Below, in pieces: positions 1 to 9,230 of a DNA stretch of 64,000 bases (positions are counted from its first letter, which is position 1; each line of letters starts with the position of its first letter). The notes below the pieces were generated by a model. The model was given only the letters and a program-made list of their open reading frames with translations, did no database searches and was not told where the DNA came from. The translations under genes were made by a program, and so were the position numbers. Source of the DNA: Polyangiaceae bacterium (GTDB taxonomy: Bacteria; Myxococcota_A; Polyangia; Polyangiales; Polyangiaceae); the NCBI GenBank assembly GCA_044376115.1, contig JBILLK010000001.1, forward strand, positions 352,001-416,000. Direction: 5' to 3'.

Positions 1-1
1 T

Positions 2-1243
2 ATGTCGGTCATCCGTGAGGTCGACCGAGCAACCGCCCACTCGCGACCGTCCCCCGAAGCCTACACCTTCGCCACGGTCTCCAGCGTCGTCTTCACGTTC
101 TGTTTCTTGGCAGGCCTGTGGATTGGGGCGCCCGGTCCGTCGAAGAAGCTGCCGGACCCACTAACGAGCTCCTCGGGTCCAACCCAGAGCAATATCCTGA
201 TCCTTGGCGTTATTACCTCTGCGGTGACCATGGTGACGTCCTTGGGCGCTGGTCGCAGCCTGGGGGTATTGCCAATGATTCTTTTCAATACCTCCCTAAC
301 GCTCCCACTTTTTACTGCACATTATCTAATGAAGGGCGGCAGTCGCCTTCCGCTTTACCTATCGTTGTTCGTTCAGGTTGTTTTGGCCATCTACACCAGC
401 ATGCTGGGCTTAGCCATACTCTCCATTCGCGACATATTGCTCACTTATGTTGCGTTGCGCAAACGAGTTCCCTGGGCAGTGGTCGCTATCTCTGTTGCCG
501 CCTTTCTAATCTTGAACCCAGCTAAGGCGCTATTCCGTCAACAGGTCTCCGACAGCGGCCCAATCACATTCGAGCAAGCCCTGGTAGTGTGGCAGGACTC
601 ACTGACAGATACGTGGTCCACGCAAACCATCGAGAGAACAGAAGCTCGAGACGGGGCGTTGCGAACGACGGCCGAGCGACTCGACTACAATTGGCTGTCC
701 GCCCATGTCTATTCGGTCGTACCCGACCGTATTCCTTATCAGCTTGGACGCACCTACGAAGACGTCCCGCTCCTCTTGGTTCCACGGATTCTCTATCCCG
801 ATAAACCCACCAGCCAGGGACGAACCCGCAGCCGCTGGTTGATTGAACTCGGAGTACAGAGTAGCAGCTCGACCGACACTGTTGCCATCTCGCTACCGGC
901 GTCCGCCGAGGCGTATTGGAATTTTGGATGGCTCGGCGTTTTCGTCGTGGGCACGACCTTGGGATTGAGCGTGGGAGCCTTGTTCCGAGTGCGGATTGCT
1001 GATCCGCTAGGTCGTGTTGCCTGGACTGTCTTGGTGGCCACGACCTGCACCTTCTTCCTGGACATGGTCGTTTGGCTGGTGCCACAGATCGTGATCGCTT
1101 TAATTTGTGTTCCCCTAGTCACTTTCTACTGTGGGCTCGGCCGAACGAAGCTCAAAAGGTCGATGGGCGGCAACGCCAGTCAGCAAGACGCTCACCCTGC
1201 TGGGCAACCCATCTCAAGCGAGGACAAGGAAGCTGTCACCTAG
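2..1243 (+). CDS. Polysaccharide polymerase (Wzy/O-antigen polymerase-like) membrane protein, probably 5'-truncated by the window
   Basis: Many hydrophobic helices, a large periplasmic loop and the VPRILYPDKP ... EAYWNFGWLG pattern typical of Wzy-like proteins; lies next to glycosyltransferases. Confidence 0.6.
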   Translation: MSVIREVDRATAHSRPSPEAYTFATVSSVVFTFCFLAGLWIGAPGPSKKLPDPLTSSSGPTQSNILILGVITSAVTMVTSLGAGRSLGVLPMILFNTSLTLPLFTAHYLMKGGSRLPLYLSLFVQVVLAIYTSMLGLAILSIRDILLTYVALRKRVPWAVVAISVAAFLILNPAKALFRQQVSDSGPITFEQALVVWQDSLTDTWSTQTIERTEARDGALRTTAERLDYNWLSAHVYSVVPDRIPYQLGRTYEDVPLLLVPRILYPDKPTSQGRTRSRWLIELGVQSSSSTDTVAISLPASAEAYWNFGWLGVFVVGTTLGLSVGALFRVRIADPLGRVAWTVLVATTCTFFLDMVVWLVPQIVIALICVPLVTFYCGLGRTKLKRSMGGNASQQDAHPAGQPISSEDKEAVT

Positions 1244-2432
1244 CGCGTCGTGGAACAACTGCGGCGAGCGCCTCGATGATTCCGTTGACACCAACGTCGT
1301 AGTTCCATGGCTGAATCAGCTCCAGCGATTTGGCACCCATTTGGGCGGTTCGTTCAGGGTCAGCAATCACTTCATCAATCTTCGCAGCAAGCTCCGCCAC
1401 GTTTCCCATACGGAACGTGAAGCCATTATGGCCCTCTTGGATGAAGTCTGCGGCAGACTGAACGCGGTCGGAGGTGATGACCGGCAAGCCAAAACACATG
1501 GCCTCACGGACGGTGAGAGGGTTCACCTCGTGCTCGGAAGGAAGTACAAAGACGCTCGCCAATGCATAGTAGCGACCAAGCGTACTCATGTTCTGTGGGC
1601 CAACGAACTTGACCCTTTCGAGTGCCTTCTCACGACAATAGGTCTGCAGCTCCTCAAATAGCGGCCCGCCACCGACCATGACCAGGTTGGCGGGCGTCTT
1701 CAGCTGCTCAAATGCAAGTAGAAGATCTTTGGGCCGCTTCACCGGGCGCATCAATGACACGTGCAGCAGCGTTGGAAGCGATGGGTCGAGTCCGAGCTCC
1801 TGCAGAGCTGCTTCACGGTCGCCTTGGCGCGCCCGCGCCTCTTGCATCCAGCGCTCATTGTCCACAGCCAATGGCGACCAGAAGATACGCTCCTCCGGCA
1901 CGCCGTAGTGTTGATAGAAGGCTCGCGCTCGACCGCTCATCGCCAACGCTGCGTCGATATTCGCAGTAAACTGGCGCCGGAAGTTCTCGCGTAGCCAGGC
2001 GGGTCGCGGGGAATTCGAGTCCAGGACGGTGTCCCCGTGAAAGAGGATCGGCATCCGTAGCGCCTTCGCGCAACCGAAGGCCAGCATCTCGGTGGCGGCA
2101 ACGTAGCCATGCAGATACAGCGCGTCGAAGCGCCCCAGCAGCAACTCCGTAGCAATACCTAGATTGAGCTTGGCCGTAGGCCGTTGCCGATGCGGATGGG
2201 GGCTGAAATTGCGGAGAAACCTATACCGATATCCCTCAAGTAGTGGGATGTCCCAAACGAATGTTTCGCCGAGCCCCTCTACGACTGCGGGCTTGAGACC
2301 GACCTCGCTCATGTAAAAGACGGTAAGGTCAACCTCGGGTCGGCTCGCAAGGCGTTGCAGCAGCGGCACGATGTATTGAATGGGATGCGAAATCAGCGCA
2401 GCTAATTTTATGGGCCGACCGGCTGCGGGCAT
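1236..2432 (-). CDS. Glycosyltransferase family 4 (GT-B)
   Basis: SHPIQY N-terminus and FVLPSEHEVNPLTVREAMCFGLPVI (EX7E motif); start moved to ATG 2432. Confidence 0.88.
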   Translation of the reverse strand: MPAAGRPIKLAALISHPIQYIVPLLQRLASRPEVDLTVFYMSEVGLKPAVVEGLGETFVWDIPLLEGYRYRFLRNFSPHPHRQRPTAKLNLGIATELLLGRFDALYLHGYVAATEMLAFGCAKALRMPILFHGDTVLDSNSPRPAWLRENFRRQFTANIDAALAMSGRARAFYQHYGVPEERIFWSPLAVDNERWMQEARARQGDREAALQELGLDPSLPTLLHVSLMRPVKRPKDLLLAFEQLKTPANLVMVGGGPLFEELQTYCREKALERVKFVGPQNMSTLGRYYALASVFVLPSEHEVNPLTVREAMCFGLPVITSDRVQSAADFIQEGHNGFTFRMGNVAELAAKIDEVIADPERTAQMGAKSLELIQPWNYDVGVNGIIEALAAVVPRRAR

Positions 2433-2606
2433 GCCCTTGCGTACTACTCGGTTAGTCGCTGTGCAAGTCACTCGCTGTGCAAGAGATGCGTACCGAGCGA
2501 GCGCGAGGCTTTACAGACCCCGTCGGCGGTGTTTGGATTCCCTTGTGTCCTCCGCCGCGTTCGCTGTTGCCCTCCTGCTCGAGCTAGCGGGACTCCCATA
2601 GCTGAG

Positions 2607-3599
2607 ATGTTGCGCGTCCACTACTTTCAGCGCAGACGTCGGCCTAACGCCAACTTCAGTCTGGAGTTCATCTTTGACGACGTTCGCCGACGTCTCCGTG
2701 GCGAGGTGGACGCACGCGTGGTGACAGCCCCTTGGTACAGCAACGGGCTTTCCCGCAGAGTCGCGATCGCCGCGCATGCAGCCGTTCAACAGGGAGAGAT
2801 CAACCACATCACCGGTGACATTACCTTCGTGGCGATCCCGCTGCGAAAAGAGCGCACGGTGCTCACCATGCTCGACTGTGGCAGCGTCCTACAGAGCCGC
2901 GGTCTCAAGCGGCTGTTGCTGCAAAAGGTATGGTTGGAGCTGCCAGTAGCAGGCAGCGCGGTGGTGACGACGATCTCCCAGCAGGCCAAGTCAGAGATCG
3001 TAGCGCTTACTGGCTGTGACCCAGCGAAAGTCGTAGTCATCCCAGTAGCCATTTCGGAGCGGTTCCAGTTGACTCCACAGGAATTCAATCACGAATGTCC
3101 GAGGATCTTAGCGATTGGCACCGCTCCAAATAAGAACTTGGATCGTCTCATCAGCGCGGTTGAAGGTCTCCCCTGCACCTTGGTGATCATTGGGCAGTTG
3201 CAGGCAGAGCATCATCAAGCGCTGCTTCAGCGTCAGATTCGGTTTGAGAACTATTTCAACCTAACGAGTGAGGCTGTGATTGAGCAGTATCGTCGCTCGG
3301 ATTTGGTGAGCTTCGTCTCGACCTACGAGGGCTTTGGCATGCCGATCCTCGAGGCCCAAGCGGTTGGTCGCCCGGTGATAACCAGCAACCTCAGCTCGAT
3401 GCCAGAGGTTGCCGGAGACGCGGCCTGCCTCATCGATCCACTCTCGGTGAGCTCGATTCGCAGCGGGCTCGAGAGAGTGATCGAGGACAAGGGCTACCGG
3501 GAGCAGCTCGTCGCCCGCGGGATGGAGAACGTGAAGCGCTTTGACCCAGAGCGGATCGCCCGCCAGTACCTAGAGGTCTACCGAACCCTAGCCAGGTGA
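2607..3599 (+). CDS. Glycosyltransferase family 4 (mannosyltransferase-like)
   Basis: STYEGFGMPILEAQAVGRPVITSN motif and KNLDRL; start at ATG 2607. Confidence 0.9.
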   Translation: MLRVHYFQRRRRPNANFSLEFIFDDVRRRLRGEVDARVVTAPWYSNGLSRRVAIAAHAAVQQGEINHITGDITFVAIPLRKERTVLTMLDCGSVLQSRGLKRLLLQKVWLELPVAGSAVVTTISQQAKSEIVALTGCDPAKVVVIPVAISERFQLTPQEFNHECPRILAIGTAPNKNLDRLISAVEGLPCTLVIIGQLQAEHHQALLQRQIRFENYFNLTSEAVIEQYRRSDLVSFVSTYEGFGMPILEAQAVGRPVITSNLSSMPEVAGDAACLIDPLSVSSIRSGLERVIEDKGYREQLVARGMENVKRFDPERIARQYLEVYRTLAR

Positions 3600-4550
3600 A
3601 AGCGTCGTCGCACGCAACATTTTGCGGACGACATCGGCCATTTTGGTTCGCGCCTCCCAGTGAAGGACTGCTCGGGCACGGGCTGGGTTTCCGCAGCTTC
3701 GCCGGATATCACTTGGGCGAAGCAACTCGGGATCGGTATCGACGTGCTCTCGATAGTCGAGCCCTAACTCCGCGAACACCGCCGCGATAAAATCGCGCAG
3801 GGAATTTGTCTCCCCCGTAGCAATCACGAAGTCTTGCGGTTGGTCGATCTGCAGCATGGTTGCCATAGCCTCCACGTATTCAGGCGCCCAACCCCAATCT
3901 CGCTCGATGTCTACGTTACCGAGCTTGAGCCTCTCTTTGCTACCGGCCGCTATCCGCTTGGCCGACTCAATCACCTTCCGGGTAACGAAGCGCTCCGGTC
4001 TTAACGGGGATTCGTGATTGAAGAGGATCCCGGAGCAAGCCCATATCCCGTAGGCCTCGCGATAGTTGGCTACCGTCCAATAGGCCGTGGCCTTGGCCAC
4101 GCCGTAGGGGCTTCGTGGCATGAAGGGCGAATCCTCCGTGGCGCCGCCGGAAGGCGTTTCGCCGAAGCATTCGCTGGAACAGGCGCTGTAGAAGCGCGCA
4201 CTGCTCTTCAGCACGCGCAGGACCTCAAGGATGTTGAGGGTGCCGAAGGCGATGCTCTCCAACGTTTCTACCGGCTGCTCAAACGAGAGCCCCACCGAGC
4301 TTTGACCGGCTAGATTGTAAATTTCGTCTGGCGAATGTTTCATTAGCGCTTGAAGGACGCTGCGGAAGTCTGTGAGGGCCATCGAAACGAGCGTGACGTC
4401 CTGTTTGATGCCGAGGGCCTTCAAGCCCGAGAAGCTGGAGAGCTGGGCGTCACGTGAGGTGCCAATGACCTGGTAGCCGCGGTCGAGCAAGGTGCGGGCG
4501 AGGTAGGCGCCGTCTTGGCCCGATACTCCACTGATCAACGCTCGCTTCAT
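3588..4550 (-). CDS. gmd: GDP-mannose 4,6-dehydratase
   Basis: GVSGQDGAYL, YNLAGQSSV, SPYGVAK, LFNHESPLR, FVTRKV and RDWGWA motifs. Confidence 0.93.
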   Translation of the reverse strand: MKRALISGVSGQDGAYLARTLLDRGYQVIGTSRDAQLSSFSGLKALGIKQDVTLVSMALTDFRSVLQALMKHSPDEIYNLAGQSSVGLSFEQPVETLESIAFGTLNILEVLRVLKSSARFYSACSSECFGETPSGGATEDSPFMPRSPYGVAKATAYWTVANYREAYGIWACSGILFNHESPLRPERFVTRKVIESAKRIAAGSKERLKLGNVDIERDWGWAPEYVEAMATMLQIDQPQDFVIATGETNSLRDFIAAVFAELGLDYREHVDTDPELLRPSDIRRSCGNPARARAVLHWEARTKMADVVRKMLRATTLSPG

Positions 4551-4652
4551 GCGTGATCCTGTAGCTCCAATTGAGCCTGCCACCAAGTTTCGACTTGTTA
4601 CAGACCTCGCCGACGCGTGAGAGCAGCGCGGTCATTGCGGTCGTGATACGAG

Positions 4653-5756
4653 GTGGCTGTGAAGCTCGTCTACATCGTTGATTGGCTCCCGCCCGACTAT
4701 GGGGCCATCGGCCAGTACGCGTTGAAGGAAGCGCGCGAGCGTGCTGAGCAAGGGGATGAAGTGCATCTGTGGGGGCTTTCATCCGAGCGCGGCAGCCAAG
4801 AGGTTGAGCAGCTCGGGACGGGCAAGCTCATCGTCAACCGCCTGTTCGCAACCGCGTTACCGCGTAACAACCTGCGAGCTCGAGCCGGTTGGACGCTCAA
4901 AACGAATGCACGGCTGGTAGCGAGCGCATTGCCTCAGATGCAAAGCGCGGACGAAGTGTTGTTTACGGCCAGCCCACCTTTTTTGGAGCACCTCGTGATT
5001 CCTCTCCGACGGCTGCTCAAGGGCCAGGTGATTTTTCGCATCGCCGACGTGCACCCCGAGGTGTTGATGAATGAGATGGGCCGCGTGCCAACGTGGCTGA
5101 AGGCCTTTCACGGGCTTACGCTGCGCCGAAGGCGCGAGGTGAGTGTGCTGGAGGTGCTTGGCGAGGACCAGCGTGAGCTGATGATTGCCAACGGGGTGGC
5201 GCCCGAACGACTGCGGCTGCGCCGCAGCGGGTCTCCTATCACCTGGGACAATCAGTGCGGAAAGCTCGCTCGGCCACCGTCGCTGGACGGTCTTGCCATA
5301 CTGCTCTATTCGGGCGCGGTAGGTCACGCGCACGAGATTGACACCTTCGTAGCGGGCTACGAGCAGCACCATCGCAGCGGGCCAGGCCGAGTAGGGTTGT
5401 GGCTGAACGCCGACGGAACGTTTGCCGACCGCTTCGAGCAGGCGGTGCGCGCACGTGGGCTACCGATCCACCGCTCGAAGCCGGTTCCTCTTTCCGATCT
5501 TTGTAGCCTGCTCAACACCGCAGACGCCCACCTGATCACGCTCAAGGACGCCTATGTTGGCTTGGTAGTGCCATCAAAGATGTATGCTTGCTTAGCCTCG
5601 GGAAAGGACATTCTCTTCGTTGGGAGTCCCCGGTCGGACGTAGACCTTTTGTGCAGGGAGCAGCGCTCCGAAGGCTACTTTCATGCAGCCGTGGGCAACT
5701 CTGAAGGAGTCGCCGTTGCGCTCGGCGCGCTTGCTCGACGTGCATCCCAGAACTAG
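4653..5756 (+). CDS. Glycosyltransferase family 4, WcaI-like
   Basis: PPDYGAIGQ N-terminus, DVHPE, LLYSGAVGHAH and VVPSKMYACLASGK. Confidence 0.75.
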   Translation: MAVKLVYIVDWLPPDYGAIGQYALKEARERAEQGDEVHLWGLSSERGSQEVEQLGTGKLIVNRLFATALPRNNLRARAGWTLKTNARLVASALPQMQSADEVLFTASPPFLEHLVIPLRRLLKGQVIFRIADVHPEVLMNEMGRVPTWLKAFHGLTLRRRREVSVLEVLGEDQRELMIANGVAPERLRLRRSGSPITWDNQCGKLARPPSLDGLAILLYSGAVGHAHEIDTFVAGYEQHHRSGPGRVGLWLNADGTFADRFEQAVRARGLPIHRSKPVPLSDLCSLLNTADAHLITLKDAYVGLVVPSKMYACLASGKDILFVGSPRSDVDLLCREQRSEGYFHAAVGNSEGVAVALGALARRASQN

Positions 5757-5817
5757 CGACGTCTAGGTTGGTTGCGCGCCGTTGAACGTGAACGCCGTCA
5801 CCCGCAACAAACCCACT

Positions 5818-5833
5818 GCCTTCGCTTGAAGGC
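5818..5833 (+). terminator. Possible intergenic hairpin/terminator
   Basis: GCCTTC-GCTT-GAAGGC stem-loop followed only by TTCT, a weak U-tract. Confidence 0.25.
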
Positions 5834-5920
5834 TTCTGCACCCACAAGATTGATCGCGCAGCGCTCGCGCTTGCCGGGGGAGGCTTCCCGGGATACGAGA
5901 GCGCCCGCAAAGGTGAACGT

Positions 5921-6913
5921 ATGAGCCAGCCGTCGACTCGCAAATCCATCCTCGTAACCGGCGGAGCCGGGTTTATCGGTTCCCACCTCAGTGAGAGGCT
6001 TCTCGCTGCCGGACACAAGGTGTCGGTGATCGACGATTTGTCGACTGGCTCGCTCAAGAATATCGAGCACCTTCGATCGAACCCCGACTACCACTTCTGC
6101 CGAGACACGGTCCTCAACAACTTGGTGTTGGATCGGCTCATTTCGGAAGCGGACGTGGTGGTGCACCTGGCCGCTGCGGTGGGCGTGCAACTGATCGTCG
6201 AGCGCCCGGTGCACACCATCGAGACCAACGTTGCTGGCACCGAGACGGTGCTGCGGACGGCCTTGCGCTACGGCGCAAAGGTGCTGATCGCCTCCACCTC
6301 GGAAGTGTACGGAAAGGGTTCGAAGATCCCCTTCAATGAGGAGGATGACGTGCTTTTGGGCAGCACCGCCAAGAGCCGCTGGGCCTATGCCGCCAGCAAG
6401 ATGGTGGATGAGTTCCTCGGCCTGGCTTACCACCGCGAGCACAACCTCGAGGTGGTGTGCTTCCGTCTCTTCAATACGGTCGGTCCTCGTCAGACGGGCC
6501 ACTACGGCATGGTGATTCCTCGCTTCGTGAAGGCCGGCCTCGCTGGGGAGTCGATTCCCATCTACGGGGACGGCTCGCAGTCACGTTGCTTCTGCGACGT
6601 CGCTGACGTGATTCGTGCAATTCACGGGCTGATGGATCATCCGGACGCTGTTGGCCGGGTGTTCAACATCGGCGGTCTGCAGGAGATCAGCATCGCTGGC
6701 CTCGCAGAGAAGATTCGCGACCTGACCGGCGGGAAGTCTGCCATCCAGAAGATCCCCTACTCCGAGGCCTACGCTCCTGGCTTCGAGGACATGCAACGCC
6801 GTCAGCCCGACATCTCACGCATCAATGAACTGATCGGTTGGAAGCCGGAGCTCACCCTCGATGAGATCCTCGTGCGCGTTCGTGATTGGATGGTTGATTC
6901 GCGGAGAAGCTGA
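5921..6913 (+). CDS. NAD-dependent nucleotide-sugar epimerase/dehydratase (extended SDR)
   Basis: GGAGFIGSH, STSEVYG, YAASK and RLFNTVGPRQ motifs. Confidence 0.92.
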   Translation: MSQPSTRKSILVTGGAGFIGSHLSERLLAAGHKVSVIDDLSTGSLKNIEHLRSNPDYHFCRDTVLNNLVLDRLISEADVVVHLAAAVGVQLIVERPVHTIETNVAGTETVLRTALRYGAKVLIASTSEVYGKGSKIPFNEEDDVLLGSTAKSRWAYAASKMVDEFLGLAYHREHNLEVVCFRLFNTVGPRQTGHYGMVIPRFVKAGLAGESIPIYGDGSQSRCFCDVADVIRAIHGLMDHPDAVGRVFNIGGLQEISIAGLAEKIRDLTGGKSAIQKIPYSEAYAPGFEDMQRRQPDISRINELIGWKPELTLDEILVRVRDWMVDSRRS

Positions 6914-7944
6914 TGGCTCCGTCCGTTTTGATCCTCGGCGTTGAAGGCGACTGGGGATTGATGGGCTCCTACGGCAGAGCGTTCGCCGAGATCGGTGCGG
7001 ACGTCTCGTATTGGAATTTCAGCGCTTCCGTTGCGGCCCACGCGCGATTCGGAAAAGTCGGCCAGAGGATTGCCGGTTACCTGCCGATCGAGCCGTGGAT
7101 TCTCAAGGCCAACCGCGAGCTGATCACCACTGTGATGGAACGCAAGCCTGCGGTGGTCGCGTTCACCGGTGCAGATCTACGTGCCGGTGCGTTGGCACAG
7201 CTGAAAGTTGCGTGCCCCGACACCAAGCTCGTGCTGCTTTGGCCAGACACGCTCTTGAACTTGGGGGACCCGCTACTCAATTGCATGCGGGTCGTGGATC
7301 TTGTCGGTTGTTACTCGCAAACCGCGATTGCCCAGCTCGAATTGCTGGGCGCCAAGCAGGTGATCTGGACGCCCTTCGCGATGGATTGCGAACTCTTCCC
7401 GGAGCAGGTCGAGATAAGCCCAAGCGAGCGTCTTGCCTTCCAGAGTGACGTGAGCTTCATCGGAAATCATCGACCAGAACGCGAGCGAGACATTCTTCGA
7501 CTGGTTGACGCCGGGGTGAAGGTAAAGGTGTGGGCCGCCGCAACCTGGCCGCGGCTGGCCAAACACAAGGGCCGTGTTGCAGAGTATTTTCAAGGCGGTC
7601 CGCTGTTCGGCAAGGATGTTGCCAAAGCCATGCGTTGCTCCACGTTGGCGCTGAACCTCATCGACCCGTTGAACTACCCAGCTGCCAACATGCGTGTCTT
7701 TGAGACGTACGCTTGTTCGGCCACGCCGCTTTGTTCTCGGTGTCCGGAAGTCGAGAGCGTTTTTCCGGACCGCGAGTCGGCGTTTTACTTTGATGACGCC
7801 CAGCTTCCGAGCACGGCGCTCACGCTCTTGAAGCAGAGCGAGCTCGTTAAGTCGGTGGGTGAGCGGGGGCGTCAAACTGCTTTGGCCGCGCACAAGTACA
7901 CGCACCGAGCTCAAGCCCTTCTGCGCGCGCTGGGGTTGAATTGA
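6913..7944 (+). CDS. CgeB-like glycosyltransferase (GT-B, Glyco_trans_1_2 type)
   Basis: DVSFIG, ALNL, NMRVFE and HKYTHRA motifs; coupled to the epimerase by a TGATG overlap. Confidence 0.75.
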   Translation: MAPSVLILGVEGDWGLMGSYGRAFAEIGADVSYWNFSASVAAHARFGKVGQRIAGYLPIEPWILKANRELITTVMERKPAVVAFTGADLRAGALAQLKVACPDTKLVLLWPDTLLNLGDPLLNCMRVVDLVGCYSQTAIAQLELLGAKQVIWTPFAMDCELFPEQVEISPSERLAFQSDVSFIGNHRPERERDILRLVDAGVKVKVWAAATWPRLAKHKGRVAEYFQGGPLFGKDVAKAMRCSTLALNLIDPLNYPAANMRVFETYACSATPLCSRCPEVESVFPDRESAFYFDDAQLPSTALTLLKQSELVKSVGERGRQTALAAHKYTHRAQALLRALGLN

Positions 7945-7987
7945 GCTTCCCCGTTAACCACCCTTACAGAATTCCTCGGTGTCCTCG

Positions 7988-8809
7988 ATGTTAAGGCAGC
8001 TAAAGGCAATGCTTCCCAGCCCATTGAAGTCGGGGCTCCGACAGGTTGCGTACGCGTCCTTTGCGGCGGATCCCAAGAGCTATTGGGACTATCTGAGATT
8101 GACGCGGGCTCCGCGGGGACATGGTGCGGGCTCCGCAGTTGCCCAGATTCGAGTGCGTCAACTGGGCAGCCGTCAAGTTTCACTGAGACCAGGAACGACG
8201 GATGCAACCACGGTCTTCACAACGTTTGTGCACCGCTACCATCGTCCCCCGCAAGATGCCGTGATGCGGCCCGCGCCGGTGATTTTGGACCTCGGGGCGA
8301 ACATTGGGCTAACGATGGCTGACTTTGCTACCGCCTATCCCGAGAGTCGGGTGATCGGGGTGGAGCTTGACCATCAGAACGCAGAGATCTGCCGGCGAAA
8401 TATCAGCCCTTGGCGCCACCGACTTCAACTCGTCGAAGGAGCTGTTTGGTTTGAAGACGGCCAATTGACCTATGAAGTGAGCTTTGGCTCCGAGGACGCC
8501 TTCACCGTGTCACCCTCGGAGAAATCAACGCGCGGTCGCAGTGTAACGGCGCGCGCTTTGAGCATCGCTAGCATTTTGCGTGAGGTGGGGGACCCGCCCG
8601 TCATCGACTTCATGAAGATGGACATCGAGGGTGCTGAGAGTTCCGTCCTCGAAAAGAATACGGAGTGGGCAGCTCGTGTTAACGCGATCAAGGTGGAGCT
8701 CCACCACGGCTACACACATGACGCGGCGATCGCTGCGCTTGAACGCATGGGATTTTCAGCGCGCCGAGCGTCCGATCACGTTGACTCGGTGGAGGGCGTT
8801 CGTCGCTGA
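7988..8809 (+). CDS. FkbM-family SAM-dependent methyltransferase
   Basis: ILDLGANIG and IDFMKMDIEGAE motifs. Confidence 0.88.
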   Translation: MLRQLKAMLPSPLKSGLRQVAYASFAADPKSYWDYLRLTRAPRGHGAGSAVAQIRVRQLGSRQVSLRPGTTDATTVFTTFVHRYHRPPQDAVMRPAPVILDLGANIGLTMADFATAYPESRVIGVELDHQNAEICRRNISPWRHRLQLVEGAVWFEDGQLTYEVSFGSEDAFTVSPSEKSTRGRSVTARALSIASILREVGDPPVIDFMKMDIEGAESSVLEKNTEWAARVNAIKVELHHGYTHDAAIAALERMGFSARRASDHVDSVEGVRR

Positions 8810-9230
8810 GGAGGTGACGTCATGGGCCCTTGCATCCGCGCCAGTAGCCTCTGGCGAATAGCAAGGGATGGTCGTTCCACGAGGTGATGCACAAACAGTG
8901 CAGCGCTAGCCATGCAACCGAATCGCCACAACATGCCCTTGGGCGTACCCGCGCCACCCATCATTTCTACGAGCGTTCTCGGCAGCACATTGTGCGTTAG
9001 GAGTGAAGGTTAGTGGGTGAGGATTACCTTCCACGATTGTGGCCCGTGAAACTCGGGTGCTCCGGGTAGGCAATAGAGCGCAAGCAACATGAATCAGTAA
9101 GGTCATCCAGCGCTTGAAGTAGAAGCGCAGCGGCCGCACGGGGCCGCGCGCATCTCGCGAAGGAGCAAGACCTTCCTGATCTTGGAAAGCGCGGCTCGCC
9201 TGGTTTCATTCGAAGAGCGCGGTCCGTGCC

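Noticed and set aside
5861..5904. Nested hairpin before the epimerase RBS as a riboswitch
   Set aside because: GC-rich stems with no recognisable aptamer motif, and the RBS is not sequestered
8906..9139. 77-aa ORF in the gap as a sugar-transferase remnant
   Set aside because: Only a vague FKRW resemblance, with no further motifs
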